DNA from: Bispira polyomma
Taxonomy: Eukaryota
Length of the DNA: 64,000 bases
Reading direction: 5' to 3'
NCBI GenBank assembly: GCA_965649765.1
Contig: OZ287755.1
Span: 7,192,001 to 7,256,000, forward strand
The position numbers and the translations under genes are program-made. This document shows positions 61,957-64,000 of this stretch, piece by piece; position 1 is the stretch's first letter, and each line of letters begins with the position of its first letter. The notes below the pieces were generated by a model. It searched no databases. It was not told the DNA's origin and was given only the letters and a program-made list of their open reading frames with translations.

Positions 61957-64000
61957 AGGATTAATTAATTTTTTTAATTAATTAATTAGACTTTTATTGC
62001 GCTTAATCTCCCCTTAACAAAGGGGACTCTAAGGCGCACCAGCACAAAAGACAGTCATCCAATTGCCAAAATCAAGGGACAGAAAAAAGGGTCAGCAACG
62101 TAGAGCGCGCCGGGGGATGATTGAAACTAAGGTGGATATGCTTTAGTGTACAAGTGGGTTTTAAGCTTCTTTCTAAAACTGGCTAGTGAGGGGGAAGCAC
62201 GAATCACATCAGGGAGACCATTCCAAACAATGGGAGCATCAAAAGCAAAGCTGTGACCAAACTGTTTAACAGACTTTTGAGTAGATGGGTGGAACTTCGG
62301 AACAACAAGGAAATTACTACCACTCTGACTGCGTCGGGTATTGTAGGAACTACTGTAAGTGGAAAGATATGGGGCAAAATACTTTGGAAACCCAGTGTGG
62401 AGAAACTTATAAACAAGTGTAGCTGTCTTAAACACTGAACGCTGTTCAACAGGGAGCCAATGCAATTTCTTCAGAACAGGAGTTATACTAGTGTATCGAC
62501 TGGTGTTTGACACAATTCTAGCTGCACTATTTTGAATGCATTGTAATTTGCGTAAATTAAACTTTGAGAGACTCCTGAAAAGTGAATTGCAGTAATCCAG
62601 TCTACTACTGACAAAAGCATTGGCTACAAGTATAGAGGCATCATAAGTGAGAAACCGTCTGACACGTCTAAAGTCACGGAGTTGCATAAAACAGCTTTTG
62701 CAGACACTCTGAATGTGTTTAGAGAAAGAAAAGTCAGAGTCAAACCATACACCCAGGTTCTTGACAGAATCAGCTGGACTGCAAGGGCTACCCAAGATGT
62801 CAACTGGGAACATTGCTTTCAACTTATCCCTCTGTTGTTTTGAGCCAAAGATTATGAACTCAGTTTTATCGGGATTAAGTTTAAGTTTACCAGTTGACAT
62901 CCACTCTTTCACATCGTCAAGGCACCTGTTCAACTGTTCTAAGGCAGTGGATGTGTTTTTATGGGATAGGTGCACATAAATTTGGGTATCATCTGCATAA
63001 AAATGAAACTTTATACCTGTGTATTTGCCAATAACCAATCTAAGAGGGGAAGTGTATAATGAGAACAACAGAGGGCCCAAAACAGAACCTTGAGGAACAC
63101 CAAACAAGAGTTTACAAAGATCGGACAGAGTAGAGCCAATTTTTATCGACTGATAACGATCAGTTAAGTAGGAAGTGAACCATTTAAGAACAGAGCCCCT
63201 AACTCCAAACCAAGTCTGAAGACAACTGAGAAGTGTGGAATGATCAATGGTGTCAAATGCAGCAGAGAGGTCAAGCAATACCAGGGCAGTAGGTTCCCCT
63301 CTTGACAAAGATAGGTGAACTTCATTTTTTATAGACAGGAGAGCTGTCTCAGTCGAATGACCAGTTTTATACTCAGACTGGTATGGGTTGTCTAAGTCGT
63401 GGACAAAGATGTGATCTAACAGTTGCCTAGCAACCACGCGTTCAACCAGTTTTGATATAAAACTAAGACCAGATACAGGGCGATAATTCTTCAGGTCATC
63501 AACTGGAAGAGAAGCCTTCTTAATAAGAGGAGTAACCACAGCTGTTTTAAAACCATCAGGTACATGTCCCTCCGTAAGTGAGCAGTTTACAAGCTTTGTA
63601 ATGGATGGTAGTAATATATCACTACATTCTTTAATAAGAGATGTTGGCCATGGATCCAACATGCAGGATTTTGTAGGCGAGTTACTTATTATTTTACTAA
63701 CATCATCTTCGGAGACTCTGGTAAAGGCAGTAATTTCTGGGGGATCAGAAAGAGGATGAACATCAATTTTTGTTCCAGAGACAACAAAAGTATCTCTAAT
63801 TCTCTTAATTTTGTCCAAAAAAAAGGAAGCAAACTTATCAGCTAGTGATTTATCCGAATCATGGGACGGGAGTGCCACATTGGTATCCATATTAAGGGTC
63901 TTGCGCAGTTCGTGCCACAGCTTCCTGGAGTTGTGACTTTTGTCAGAGATAAGCTTGCTGTAATAAACCGACTTATCCTCATTAACAAGTACATTGCACC
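61957..64000 (-). mobile_element. L2/CR1-group LINE, 3' part, with 3' UTR and (TAAT)n tail
   Basis: On the minus strand the UTR ends agcgcaataaaagtc(taat)n at ~61957-62005. Confidence 0.92.
62127..64000 (-). CDS. LINE ORF2 reverse transcriptase (open to the window edge)
   Basis: NYRPVS, LDLSAAFDTIDH, GVPQGSVLGPLLF, YADD, SRLDYCN, LHWLPV. No stops over >620 codons. Confidence 0.95.
   Translation of the reverse strand, partial: CNVLVNEDKSVYYSKLISDKSHNSRKLWHELRKTLNMDTNVALPSHDSDKSLADKFASFFLDKIKRIRDTFVVSGTKIDVHPLSDPPEITAFTRVSEDDVSKIISNSPTKSCMLDPWPTSLIKECSDILLPSITKLVNCSLTEGHVPDGFKTAVVTPLIKKASLPVDDLKNYRPVSGLSFISKLVERVVARQLLDHIFVHDLDNPYQSEYKTGHSTETALLSIKNEVHLSLSRGEPTALVLLDLSAAFDTIDHSTLLSCLQTWFGVRGSVLKWFTSYLTDRYQSIKIGSTLSDLCKLLFGVPQGSVLGPLLFSLYTSPLRLVIGKYTGIKFHFYADDTQIYVHLSHKNTSTALEQLNRCLDDVKEWMSTGKLKLNPDKTEFIIFGSKQQRDKLKAMFPVDILGSPCSPADSVKNLGVWFDSDFSFSKHIQSVCKSCFMQLRDFRRVRRFLTYDASILVANAFVSSRLDYCNSLFRSLSKFNLRKLQCIQNSAARIVSNTSRYTSITPVLKKLHWLPVEQRSVFKTATLVYKFLHTGFPKYFAPYLSTYSSSYNTRRSQSGSNFLVVPKFHPSTQKSVKQFGHSFAFDAPIVWNGLPDVIRASPSLASFRKKLKTHLYTKAYPP

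Overview
AT-rich animal genomic DNA, probably an invertebrate (the SINE types suggest a mollusc-like lophotrochozoan; this is inference). It is not prokaryotic and has no CRISPR, rRNA or bona fide tRNA genes. The backbone is an array of about 8-10 decayed copies of an unidentified multi-kb unit with exon-like blocks. Copies lie on + from ~12.8-44.6 kb, inverted on - from ~45-56.4 kb, and on + again at ~57.5 kb. Inserted into this region are four tyrosine-recombinase (DIRS-order, Ngaro-like) retrotransposons: El1 449-~5600, El4 remnant ~15945-16461 (-), El2 ~18180-22547 and El3 31531-38664, the last with complete A1-ORFs-B1A2-B2 split direct repeats. Also present are a defective two-gene Harbinger transposon with an L2/CR1 LINE nested in it, tRNA-derived SINEs and several MITEs. 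The most notable result comes from comparing the three divergent Ngaro copies, which share an expression and integration design: (i) an A_AAA_AAC slippery site plus a perfect hairpin that would put pol in frame with gag by -1 frameshifting; (ii) a phase-1 splice donor inside gag and a phase-1 acceptor just after the RNase H region that would fuse the Gag N-terminus to the recombinase; (iii) a dif/loxP-like circle-junction site (inverted arms around a 6-7 nt spacer starting TGC), with crossover at TGC confirmed for El3 by empty-site paralogues in this window. All coordinates were read by eye, and boundaries of degenerate elements are approximate.
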